Origin: Pedosphaera sp.
GTDB lineage: Bacteria > Verrucomicrobiota > Verrucomicrobiia > Limisphaerales > SIBH01
Direction of reading: 5' to 3'
Length of the DNA: 64,000 nt
NCBI GenBank assembly: GCA_031414955.1
Contig: JANOQV010000152.1
Span: 21,093 to 85,092 of the forward strand
Of the stretch, positions 1 to 9,855 are shown one piece after another (the first letter of the stretch is position 1; the number at the start of each line of letters is the position of its first letter). Under the pieces are notes generated by a model, which had not been told where the DNA came from, did no database searches, and worked only from the letters and a program-made list of their open reading frames with translations. Made by a program: the position numbers and the translations under genes.

Positions 1-129
1 CGGTCGCAGGCACTGCCCAGGCCCATCCCGACCTGAAACTGGACCAGCCCTTGATGGTGGTCTGGCAAAACTGCGCTTCCGAGAAACCTGCGGCTCGTGA
101 AATGCATCCTGCCCGGTCCACGCTGGCCT

Positions 130-1791
130 TCAAGGTGACGCGAGCCGGAAGAACCGCGCGGAGTTCGTCGCGACGGTGGAAAACGTGGAGAGGTTGCTCG
201 CCAGCACCGTCCAGGCCGGCGGCGTGAGCGTGGCGGTACTTTGCAGCAGGAAATTGCTGTAAGCCGACGGCCAGGAAATCCGCACCATCGTGTTACTGCG
301 CTCGATGGAAAGCACCGGCTCGAGGCCGAGCGTCGGCAGCGTGACGCGATAGGCGAGCAGGATGTGATCAGTGACCTCGGCGTTGGTGCCCACCAGGATG
401 CCGTTGTGCCAGACGTTCGTGGCCCCGAAGTCGTTGTCGCAGCCGACGAGCAGCTAGTGATCATCCGGCTTGTTGGTGTCGTTCAGTGGCACGAGCATCA
501 TGCCTTCCCACTTCTCCACCAGCGTGTTCGTGTCCGGCGAGCCGGCGTTCACGTTCAGGCCATAGCGCGTGAGTTCGACGACGTTCAGCAGGTTCACAAA
601 GTTCTGCCGCTGCACCGCGCGGACGCCCGCCGGCAGTCCGTTCAGCGGGAAGGAAAGCTGGCCGGGGGCACCCGGCTCCAGATCATAGCCGGAGCCAAGA
701 ATGTTCGTCGCGCCCAGCGTGTCCACGAGCACGACTTGTTTGTAAACAAATGTGCTGGTGGAACCGGAATTGCGTCCGCGCTGGTCGCGGTCAAGCACGA
801 GCAACTGGTGCGAGTTGAGCGCCACCAGTTCGCTCGTGATGGTCTGGCGCGTGCCGCTGGCGTTCCCGTTCAGGGTCAGCTCATAAACGTATTCCGCAAT
901 GAGTTGATTCTCCCGCGCCGAGCCGCGCGCCACATCGAAGACCAGCAACCGCACGTAGCGGCTGTCATTGTCCTCGCCGCCATCCTGGACCAGCGGAGAC
1001 TGCAGAAGGGCAAAGAGCGTCCGCTCATCCGGCGAAAGTCCAATGGCTTCAAGGCCGCGATTGTTCTTTCGCCCGGAGTCCGGCCCCGTGACGGCGGTGA
1101 AGTTGTTCGTGCGCGGATAAGTCGGGCCGACCTTGGGAATCCACGCGGCCGGCGGCTGAAACGTCCGCACGAGCACTGCGTTGCTGCTGAACTCGTAGAT
1201 GAACGGCCCGTACTCGTCGCAGATGAAGAAGCTGCCGTCGCGCCGCCGGGCCAGTCCTTCCGGGTCGAGACTGTGCCGCCCTTCACCCGCGCTGTCTGCC
1301 GTGGACCGCGGATAATTCGTAAACGCCAAATCATTCCCGCTGAAACCGGTGAACGGCGCGTTCAATTCATCCAGCAGTAATCGCGTCGCGGTGTTGGTGA
1401 AGGCGATCTGGCTCTGGTTCGTCGCCGCCGTGCCGTAGTAGGGCGTCACGGCCAGACTGAACGTGTGGACGCGCGGTTTGAAATCCAGCGTGCCGCCCAA
1501 AGTCCCCGTGCCGTAGCCGCGATCCGGCACGCAGTAGAACGTGCCGCGATAGGTGGGAGAACCCCCATTCGTGGTGCGCGACCACGACGCGGTCTCGAAG
1601 GACAGGCCCGAGAAAATGCCGCCCAGGGTGTCGAGATTCGTGCCCTGCGCGTCGAACAGATTGCCGGACAATCGCCCCACGCCGACCAGCCCGTGGTTGG
1701 TGAAGCCGCCGAACTGCGCCTGCGCCCCAGTAGCGCCGAACACCAGTGCCGCCGTGAGCAGCACCATTATCCTTGAGCCAGGCAATTTCAT
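130..1791 (-). pseudogene. Secreted esterase-like activity of phytase family protein with C-terminal RFFR domain, interrupted by in-frame TAG at 454-456
   Basis: ORFs 454..1893 and 130..393 are in the same frame. Reading through gives PDDH*LLVGCDNDF. Signal peptide from MKLPGS (1791). Motifs DRGYG, DPEG, DEYGP, NRGLE, EKWEG. Confidence 0.8.
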
Positions 1792-1972
1792 GTCGCGGTG
1801 TGTTTGCGTGGAATGCCGTCCAGGTTCAAGAGCATAGGCTGGAATGTTCATCATTTGGAGCGACCTGCAATCATCCGTGAAACTCTCCGCCACCAGCCAC
1901 CACGGCGGCTACCTGACCGTGAACCATCCGAGCGGGCGTGGACACCGGCGCTTGATCGAGGGCACCGCGTCC

Positions 1973-2275
1973 TCAGCGCGCCTTTTTGCCATACGCGCCG
2001 GCCAGGTAATCCACCACGCGATCCACCTGGTTGGTCGGGAGCGGCGCGCCGTATTTCTCGCGCATCTTGTTCACGGTCGCCAGCCACGCGGCGCGCTCCA
2101 TGGGCGGCTGGGTGCTGAGGTAATCCGACGAGTGGCAGAGGATGCAGTTCACGGCGGCGATCTCCACGCCGGGGCCGGCCCGGAACTTGGGCACATCTGC
2201 CGGCAGCTTCCACGCGTCGGCGGCAGGCAGGCTCAAGGCCAGAGCGATCAGAAGAATGGCAATCGATGCTTTCAT
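1973..2275 (-). CDS. sorB: Sulfite:cytochrome c oxidoreductase subunit B (monoheme cytochrome c)
   Basis: Signal peptide, CILCH heme motif, YLSTQPP..W...V.KM...YGAP; lies 3 bp downstream of sorA. Confidence 0.88.
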   Translation of the reverse strand: MKASIAILLIALALSLPAADAWKLPADVPKFRAGPGVEIAAVNCILCHSSDYLSTQPPMERAAWLATVNKMREKYGAPLPTNQVDRVVDYLAGAYGKKAR

Positions 2276-2278
2276 GAT

Positions 2279-3523
2279 TCAGGTGGCACTCACGTTGACA
2301 GTTTCGATGACGTTGCGCATGTAGCCGGGGGGATTCCATGTCGCCTCCTCCGGCTGGGTCTGGCCGAGGCGATTGGTCGCTTTGACTTTCAAAGCGAGTT
2401 GCCCCTTTTGCTGCGGGGTGAAGCGCATCGTCCATTCGCGAAAGGAATATTTCCCCAAATCCTGGCCCAGTTCCGCGTCCCGCCAGGAGCGTCCGCCGTC
2501 GTCGGAGAAGGAAACTTGGCGGATGCCCGAGCCGCCGTCGAAGGCGATGCCGCGCACGGTTTGCGGAGTTCCGGTCTTCACCTTGGCACCATCCTCCAGA
2601 CTCGTGATGAACGACCGCACGTTGCAGCGTTTGATGGGCGCGGTCTTGTCCGGCTTGGTGCCGGGCGGCACGCAGGCACAATCGTTGTCGGGGATGCGAT
2701 AGGCCGTGCTCATCCAGTAGCCGTTGAACACCTCGTCGATGACCGTGATCTCGTGCAGATGCTTGATCCAATAGGTGCCGTAATGGCCGGGCACCACCAG
2801 GCGCAGCGGGAAGCCGTTCAGCCAGGGCAACGGCTCGCCATTCATTTCGTACGCGAGCATCACCTCGCCGTCCTGCGCCTGATCCACGTCCAGCGCTTTG
2901 ACGAAGTCCGGCGTCTGCGGCAAGAGCGAGGCATCGAGGCCGTTGAAGGTGACTTGCCTGGCTGAGGCTTTCACGCCCGCCTTCGCCAGCACATCTTTGA
3001 GGCGCACGCCTTTCCAGCGCGCGTTGCCCATCATGCCGTTGGCGGACTGGCCGCCGGGCACGCGCGGATTGGAGAAACCGCGGCTGTTGCCTGAGCATTG
3101 GTTCACGGCGACGATTTCCACCGGCTCGAACTGTGACTTCAACTCCGCGACGGAAAAGGTGAGCGGTGCGTTCACGCTGCCCTGCACGCGCACGCGAAAT
3201 TTTTCGGGCGTGAGCAGTTCCTCGCCCGGCGGCGAATTGGTCAGGTGATAGCGGACGAAGAAAGCGTCATTGGGCGTGAGGGCACCTTCATTGAAGACGC
3301 GGAACGGCGTCTCCAATTGCGGCGGCCGGGCCGTGAGGCGGAGCAGGGGACGCTTTTGCGGATACTTCACCAGCGGACGCTCGCCGTTCTCAAAGGGCAG
3401 CGTGGCGGATTCCTGCGCCAGCATCCGGTCCGCTTGGACCCCGAGCATTCCGCCCAGGGCCAATGTTCCGGAGCGGCGCAAAAAGCCGCGCCGGTTCAAG
3501 TGATTGGAATCTTCGCCGTGCAT
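2279..3523 (-). CDS. sorA: Sulfite oxidase-family molybdoenzyme (SorA type), Tat-exported
   Basis: Tat motif NRRGFLRR, FFVRYH, Mo-ligand QCSGNSR, NGFPLRLVVPGHYGTYWIK, C-terminal WNPPGYMRN. Confidence 0.9.
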   Translation of the reverse strand: MHGEDSNHLNRRGFLRRSGTLALGGMLGVQADRMLAQESATLPFENGERPLVKYPQKRPLLRLTARPPQLETPFRVFNEGALTPNDAFFVRYHLTNSPPGEELLTPEKFRVRVQGSVNAPLTFSVAELKSQFEPVEIVAVNQCSGNSRGFSNPRVPGGQSANGMMGNARWKGVRLKDVLAKAGVKASARQVTFNGLDASLLPQTPDFVKALDVDQAQDGEVMLAYEMNGEPLPWLNGFPLRLVVPGHYGTYWIKHLHEITVIDEVFNGYWMSTAYRIPDNDCACVPPGTKPDKTAPIKRCNVRSFITSLEDGAKVKTGTPQTVRGIAFDGGSGIRQVSFSDDGGRSWRDAELGQDLGKYSFREWTMRFTPQQKGQLALKVKATNRLGQTQPEEATWNPPGYMRNVIETVNVSAT

Positions 3524-3826
3524 GACGCAACGATAGCGAGGTGCGCACGGCAGACAATCCAAAGCTGATGGACGAGGTGCAGGTGGGTCGGAATCCAGCC
3601 AGATTCAGGATGGCCGGTAGCCGAGACAGTCAGCGCCGAAGCTCGGTGCAAACGGTTTGGATAGGAGCAACAGGCGTTCGCGGCCTTGGTTTTGGGGAGC
3701 GGACAAGGAGAGGCCTGTGTTGGATGCAGAGCCATGAAGTGGTTGGGTCGCTGAGATGCGAATGGGCGAGTTTTACCCCGCTCGTTTTTCGCGCCCAGCC
3801 GCTTGCATTTTGCTCTGAGTCGCTCA

Positions 3827-4003
3827 GAGCCTGTCTGAAAATTCGGAGGCGGAGTGCGCCCGTCCTCGGGCGCAGCAAGGTGAAGACTTGGACCGCGTCG
3901 GAAAACCCCATGCCCGCTGATGTTCGCACGTTGCTGCGCCCGAGGACGGGCGCACTCCGGGGCTGGCAGCTTGCGCTGCCCCAGTGACTTTTCAGACAGG
4001 CTC
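3827..4003. mobile_element. MITE with 15-bp terminal inverted repeats, TCA target duplication and an internal 29-bp REP-like inverted repeat
   Basis: GAGCCTGTCTGAAAA (3827-3841) pairs with TTTTCAGACAGGCTC (3989-4003). TCA at 3824-3826 and 4004-4006. Perfect inner IR 3850-3878/3931-3959. Confidence 0.8.
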
Positions 4004-4148
4004 TCAAGGAAGGAGAAGCGGAGGGGCACCCGACTCGGGGAAACTACGTAGCCATCAATGGGGCGGGAAGGGCTGGATTTTATCCGGTTTTTGGGCCAGG
4101 ATTTCGCCCGCTCTGGTTCACAGTCATTAAATCCCTGCATCGTCGAAA

Positions 4149-7100
4149 ATGAGAAATCGGTTTTTCGGTTGGAGTTGGTTTTCTGCCCGCCGTCGCGGCT
4201 TGAACCCTGCCACGGGCGCATCCGCACCGGTGGACTCAGGGCGGCGGTTGCCGTGCTTCCGGACGGCGTGGCTCTCCCGGTTGGTGGCTTCTACCGTGGT
4301 GCTGGCCGCGGGGCTGTCGTTTTTGAGCCTTGGCTCCGGCGTGCTTTCGGCCGCGACGGTGCCGCCCGGGTTTTCCGAGACCATCGTGCCGGGACCGTCC
4401 GGCGGCGCGTGGAACGGCGCGATTGGTATCGTCTTCGAGGACAACGGGCGCATGTATGTCTGGGAGGGCAGTGGTCGCATCTGGTTCCGTGATCCGGGCG
4501 AAACGAATTTCACCATGCTGCTCGATTTGAGCGAGGAGGTCGGCTTCTGGCATGACACGGGTTGTCTGGGCTTCGCGCTGCATCCTGATTTCCGGGTCAA
4601 CGGCTACATCTACCTGCTCTACTCGGTGGACCGGCATTATCTGATGAACTACGGCACGCCGGGTTACAACCCGAACACCAGCGAGGAATTCGTGGCCAGC
4701 ATCGGGCGCATTACTCGTTACACGGTGCGATCCTCGGATGGTTTTCGTTCCGTCGATGCCGCCAGCCGTTTCATCCTGCTCGGGGAAACGAAGGAGACGG
4801 GATTTCCTTCGGTCTCGACCACGCACACCATCGGCTCGCTGGCCTTCGGCGAAGACGGCACGTTGCTGGCGTCGTGCGGCGATGGCGCGAGCGCGTTCAC
4901 GGCGGACGTGGGTGGCCCGGCTTTCGGCAGCTACGCGCCGCAGGGGTTGGCGGACGGCATCATCAAACCCAAGGAAAACATCGGCGCGTTCCGCTCGCAG
5001 TTGGTGGATTCACTGTCGGGCAAGGTCGTGCGGCTCGATCCGCTGACCGGGAATGGCGTGCCGAGCAATCCATTTTATGACCCGCTTAATCCGCGCTCCG
5101 CCAAGTCGCGCGTCTGGTCACTCGGTCTGCGCAATCCCTTCCGGATGGTGAAGCGGCCGGACACCGGCAGTCACAATCCCGAGGATGCGCAACCGGGCAG
5201 TTTTTACCTCGGCGACGTCGGCTGGGATGACTGGGAGTGCCTGAAGATTGTGAACGCGCCCAGCCAGAATTTCGGCTGGCCGCTCTACGAGGGGCTTTCG
5301 CTCATGCCGCTCTACGATCAGAACATCACCAATCAGGACGCGATCAATCCGCTCTATCCTGGTGGCGGCTGCGCGCAGTACTTCACCTTCAAGCAGTTGT
5401 TGAAGGCGGATTCGCTGAATCCGGCCGCCCAGCCGCCCTTCCGCAATCCGTGCAACACGAATCAATTCATCCCCGGTTCCATTCCGCAGTTCCTTCACAC
5501 GCGTCCGGCGCTGGATTGGAACCACGCCAGCGACCTCACGCGCACGCCGATTTATGGCGGGGCCGGAGAGCCGCTCCTCGCGAACGTCGGCGCGGGTGGT
5601 TCACCGGTCAGTGGCACCCCCTTTCGCGGCAGTTGTGCGGTGGCCGGCACTTGGTACACGGGCAACTCCTTTCCCACGCAGTATCAAAACACGTTCTTCC
5701 TCGCCGACTGGGCGCAGGGGATCATCAAGAGTGTTTCATTTGATGCGAACGACAAGCCGGTGGCGGTGCAAAACTTTGCGACGTTCGCCGGAGCGGTCGT
5801 GACCATGGCGCAGAATCCCATCGACGGCAGCCTCTACTACGTGAGCTACGACTACGGCGACGCGGGCACGGTGCGCAAACTGACTTACGCGGGAAACCGC
5901 ACGCCCATCGCCGGTGCCGTCGCGAACCAGTATTTCGGGCCGACCCCGCTGACGGTGCAGTTCAGCAGCGACGGCTCGTCCGATCCGGATGGCAGTCCGC
6001 TGAGTTACTCGTGGAATTTTGGCGACGGCTCGGGCTTGAGTACGGCCGCGAATCCTTCCCATCTGTTCACCGCGCCGGTTGGAGTGCCGACGAAATTCAT
6101 CGTCACGCTGACGGTCATGGACAGTGGCGGCTTGTCGGCGCAGACCAATTTGATTGTGTCGTTGAACAACACGCCGCCGAGTGTCGCCATCAGCAGCCCG
6201 TTCCATGGCCAGCCTTACACCCCCAGCCTCACTTCGACCGTCAACTTGAGCGCGGTGGTCAACGATTTGGAATCTGCGAATGGACAGCTCTCCTATCACT
6301 GGCAGACCTTGCTGCGTCACAACGACCACAACCATCAAATCCATGCGGACACCAACCACGTTTCTTCCTCCGTCATCTCGCCCATCGGCTGCGACGGCAT
6401 TAACATCTACCACTATCGTGTCCTGCTCACCGTGACGGATCCGGCCGGGCTTGCGACGACAACGGAAGTGGGCTTGTACCCGGATTGCGGAGTGCTCGAC
6501 ACGCCGCCGGTGATTTCCAGCCTCGGGAACCAGGCCGTGTATCAGGATCGTTTCACGCCGCCGCTGGCCTTCACCATTGGCGATGCCCAGACCGCAGCGG
6601 CGAATCTTCAACTGAGCGCCGTCTCGTCCAATCCCACGCTGGTGCCGGCGGGCGGCGTGGCCTTCGGGGGTTCCAGTTCTAATCGCACGGTCACTGTGAC
6701 TCCCGCCCTCGGGCAGATCGGCACGGCCACGTTGAACATCCTCGTGACCGATGGGCCGAACACCGCGAGCAACACCTTCACGCTGACCGTGAACCCACCG
6801 CCGCCGGGCACGGCTTCGTTCACCAATTCCGTTGCGCTTACGATTTCCGTGCCCGACTCCGGCCCCGCTTCTCCTTACCCGTCATATAATCTCGTCACCG
6901 GTCTGGGCGGGTTGATTACCAATCTCACCGTCACCTTGCGCAACCTGACTTACACCTGGTCGCCGGATGTGGATGTCCTGCTGGTCAGTCCGTCGGGGCA
7001 GGGGATTGTGCTGTGCTCGGATGCCGGCGGAGGTCCGGTCAACAATGTCACCCTGACACTTTCCGACGCCGCCGGGTCGTTGCTGTCAGGAGTCAGCACG

Positions 7101-9848
7101 CTTGTCACCGGCACCTTCAAGCCGACGAACATCGGTGCCGGAGACACCTTTGCCGCGCCGGCACCCGCCGGGCCGTACGTCACCACGCTCGCCGCCTTCA
7201 ATGGCCAGAACGCGAACGGAGCCTGGGCGCTCTACTTCCTCGACGACGGTCCTGGCGATTCGGGCAGCCTCGCGGGTGGCTGGAGTCTGACCATCACCAC
7301 GGTGGGAGGCTCAGGCTCGCAGGCCCCAGTCATCAGCGACCTGCCAAATCAATTCACCACCATCAATGTGCCGACGGCGGCCATCCCCTTCACCGTGGGT
7401 GACGCGGACACGGCCGCGACCGGTCTCATCGTTTACGGCAACTCGTCGAATGCCGCGCTTGCGCCGACCAACAACATGGTCTTCGGAGGTGCGGGCAGCA
7501 ATCGCACCGTGACGCTGACGCCTGCGACCGGCCAGATCGGTTCCGCCACCATCACCGTCTTCGTCACCGATGGCACCAACGTGGCCAGCGATTCGTTTCT
7601 GCTCACCGTCAACCCGGTCAACACGCCGCCGATCATTTCCGCCCTGGCGGATCAGGTGGTGAATGAAGACACCGCCACCGGTGCAATTCCCTTCACCATC
7701 AACGACGGCGAAACGGCGGCGGGCAGCCTCACGCTGACGAAGAATTCCTCGAACCTCGCGCTGGTGCCTCTGGCCGGGATCAGCTTCGGCGGCAGCGGCA
7801 GCAACCGCACCGTGACTGTCGCCCCAGCGGCGAATCAGAGCGGCACGGCCCTCGTCACGGTCGGCGTGAGCGACGGACAGTACACGGTCAGCACCAACTT
7901 CTTGGTCACGGTCAACGCGGTGAACGACACGCCGACCCTTTCGGGCCTGGCGAACCAGACCGTCGGCACGAACAGCACGCTTGGGCCGTTGAACTTTACC
8001 GTGGGCGACGTGGAGACTGCGGCGAGTGACTTGGTCGTGAGCGGCTACGCCTCCAACCCGGCGCTGGTGCCGACGAACAACATTGTCTTCGGCGGTTCGG
8101 GCAGCAACCGGACTGTGACCATCACGCCCGGGTTGGATCAGTCCGGGACGACCACAATCATTTTGAACGTCTCGGATGGCACGAACACGGCCAGCACCAA
8201 CTTCACCCTCAGCGTCAGCCCGCTCGACCTGGCGGCCGCCTCCTTCACGAATGCCACCTTCATCGCCATGACCAACACCGCGATCTCCCCCGCCACGCCT
8301 TATCCGTCCGTGATCAACGTGTCGGGACTGGCCGGGATGGTGAGCAACGTCACCGTCACGCTGTGGAATTTTTCGCACGCCTGGACTCGCGATGTGGACA
8401 TCCTGCTCGTAGCCCCGAACGGATCGGGCGTGCTGCTCTGTTCGGATGCGGGCAACGGCGGGGCCAGCGGCATCAATCTGACCTTCTCGGACGCGGCTGC
8501 GAGCAACATTCCTCAATCTCCGCTGGTGACCGGCACATTTCGTCCCGAGGATTACTCGCCCTCGGAGACCTTCCCACAGCCCGCGCCCGCCGGTCCCTTC
8601 AGCGAGAGGCTGTCCACTTTGAACGGACAATCGGCGAATGGCCCCTGGTCTCTTTTCGTTTACGACGATGGGAACAACGATTTGGGCAGCATCGCCGGAG
8701 GCTGGACGATTTCGCTGACCACGGTTTCAGACGGCTCCCAACCGCCCGTCATCTCTGCTCTGGGCAACCAGTCGGTGGCCGAGGATGGTTCGATCGGACC
8801 GACCGCCTTCACGGTGGGCGATGCCGACACGGACGCCGCGCTGCTGGTGATGAGTCGTGTTTCATCGAATCCGGTGCTGCTCCCGACGAACAACATCGTT
8901 TTTGGTGGCTCGGGGTCGAACCGCACCGTGACCTTGACGCCGGTCGCGAATGCCAGCGGTTCCGCCACGATCACGCTGACGGTGAGCGATGGCACGAACA
9001 CGGCCAGCACCAACTTCCTGCTGACCGTAACTCCGGTGAATGACGCGCCGTCAATAGGCGGCGTGGGGAGCCAGATCATCAACGAGGATTCCGCCACGGC
9101 TCAGTTGAATTTCACCGTGGGTGATGTTGAGACACCGGCCCTGAACCTGGCGGTCAGCGGCGGTTCTTCCAATCCGGCGCTGGTGCCGACGAATCAGATT
9201 GTTTTGGGCGGCGTGGATTCGAATCGCACGGTCACGGTCACACCGCTTCCGAATGCCAGCGGCACCGTGACCATCACCCTGACGGTGAGTGACGGCACGA
9301 ACAGCGTGAGCACGAATTTCCTGCTGACCGTCAACGCCGTGAATGATGCGCCAGTCCTCGCGCCGGTTTCCAACCGGGTGGTCAGCGCCGGACAAATTGT
9401 TTCGTTCACCAACTCTGCCAGCGACGTGGATCTTCCTGCGCAGGTGTTGACCTTTAGTCTGCTCAATTTTCCCGCGGGCGCCACGCTGGATGCCGGCAAT
9501 GGAATTTTCTTCTGGCGTCCCGCCGTGGCCCAGGCCGGCACGACGAACCTCATCGAGCTGAGGGTGGCGGACGATGGCGCGCCCGTCTTGAGCGCCACCC
9601 AAAGCTTCAGCGTGATCGTAAGCCAGCTCGCCGCGCCGAGCGTGAATCGACTGGGCCTGAGCAACGATCAACTCACGCTCGTCATCACGGGCGATACCGG
9701 CCCCGACTACACGGTGCAGGCTTCGCCGGATCTTGGCGTCTGGACGGATTTGTTCACCACCAACTCGCCCCTGCTGCCCTTCACCTGCACGATCACGAAC
9801 GTCAGCGGTTTCCCGCAGCGTTTCTTTCGCGTCCTGCTTGGGCCGTGA
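4149..9848 (+). CDS. Giant secreted protein: glucose/sorbosone (PQQ-type) dehydrogenase propeller, PKD, Ig/cadherin-like repeats, two proprotein-convertase P-like domains, C-terminal RFFR domain
   Basis: GCLGFALHPDF, THTIGSLAFGEDG, GLRNPFR, NFGWP; PKD SDPDG..YSWNFGDG; about 7 repeats with SSN..LVP..I.FGGSGSNRTVT; P-like DVDVLLVSP..NG.W.L..DD..G..GW.L. Confidence 0.85.
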   Translation: MRNRFFGWSWFSARRRGLNPATGASAPVDSGRRLPCFRTAWLSRLVASTVVLAAGLSFLSLGSGVLSAATVPPGFSETIVPGPSGGAWNGAIGIVFEDNGRMYVWEGSGRIWFRDPGETNFTMLLDLSEEVGFWHDTGCLGFALHPDFRVNGYIYLLYSVDRHYLMNYGTPGYNPNTSEEFVASIGRITRYTVRSSDGFRSVDAASRFILLGETKETGFPSVSTTHTIGSLAFGEDGTLLASCGDGASAFTADVGGPAFGSYAPQGLADGIIKPKENIGAFRSQLVDSLSGKVVRLDPLTGNGVPSNPFYDPLNPRSAKSRVWSLGLRNPFRMVKRPDTGSHNPEDAQPGSFYLGDVGWDDWECLKIVNAPSQNFGWPLYEGLSLMPLYDQNITNQDAINPLYPGGGCAQYFTFKQLLKADSLNPAAQPPFRNPCNTNQFIPGSIPQFLHTRPALDWNHASDLTRTPIYGGAGEPLLANVGAGGSPVSGTPFRGSCAVAGTWYTGNSFPTQYQNTFFLADWAQGIIKSVSFDANDKPVAVQNFATFAGAVVTMAQNPIDGSLYYVSYDYGDAGTVRKLTYAGNRTPIAGAVANQYFGPTPLTVQFSSDGSSDPDGSPLSYSWNFGDGSGLSTAANPSHLFTAPVGVPTKFIVTLTVMDSGGLSAQTNLIVSLNNTPPSVAISSPFHGQPYTPSLTSTVNLSAVVNDLESANGQLSYHWQTLLRHNDHNHQIHADTNHVSSSVISPIGCDGINIYHYRVLLTVTDPAGLATTTEVGLYPDCGVLDTPPVISSLGNQAVYQDRFTPPLAFTIGDAQTAAANLQLSAVSSNPTLVPAGGVAFGGSSSNRTVTVTPALGQIGTATLNILVTDGPNTASNTFTLTVNPPPPGTASFTNSVALTISVPDSGPASPYPSYNLVTGLGGLITNLTVTLRNLTYTWSPDVDVLLVSPSGQGIVLCSDAGGGPVNNVTLTLSDAAGSLLSGVSTLVTGTFKPTNIGAGDTFAAPAPAGPYVTTLAAFNGQNANGAWALYFLDDGPGDSGSLAGGWSLTITTVGGSGSQAPVISDLPNQFTTINVPTAAIPFTVGDADTAATGLIVYGNSSNAALAPTNNMVFGGAGSNRTVTLTPATGQIGSATITVFVTDGTNVASDSFLLTVNPVNTPPIISALADQVVNEDTATGAIPFTINDGETAAGSLTLTKNSSNLALVPLAGISFGGSGSNRTVTVAPAANQSGTALVTVGVSDGQYTVSTNFLVTVNAVNDTPTLSGLANQTVGTNSTLGPLNFTVGDVETAASDLVVSGYASNPALVPTNNIVFGGSGSNRTVTITPGLDQSGTTTIILNVSDGTNTASTNFTLSVSPLDLAAASFTNATFIAMTNTAISPATPYPSVINVSGLAGMVSNVTVTLWNFSHAWTRDVDILLVAPNGSGVLLCSDAGNGGASGINLTFSDAAASNIPQSPLVTGTFRPEDYSPSETFPQPAPAGPFSERLSTLNGQSANGPWSLFVYDDGNNDLGSIAGGWTISLTTVSDGSQPPVISALGNQSVAEDGSIGPTAFTVGDADTDAALLVMSRVSSNPVLLPTNNIVFGGSGSNRTVTLTPVANASGSATITLTVSDGTNTASTNFLLTVTPVNDAPSIGGVGSQIINEDSATAQLNFTVGDVETPALNLAVSGGSSNPALVPTNQIVLGGVDSNRTVTVTPLPNASGTVTITLTVSDGTNSVSTNFLLTVNAVNDAPVLAPVSNRVVSAGQIVSFTNSASDVDLPAQVLTFSLLNFPAGATLDAGNGIFFWRPAVAQAGTTNLIELRVADDGAPVLSATQSFSVIVSQLAAPSVNRLGLSNDQLTLVITGDTGPDYTVQASPDLGVWTDLFTTNSPLLPFTCTITNVSGFPQRFFRVLLGP

Positions 9849-9855
9849 AATCCTC

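Noticed and set aside
454..456. Pyrrolysine or alternative genetic code
   Set aside because: Other genes here end normally at TAG (HTH gene, ilv leader, comM) and no pyl genes are seen.
3496..4227. ORFs of 125-243 aa across the sorA upstream region
   Set aside because: They run through the MITE/REP element and lack protein-like features.
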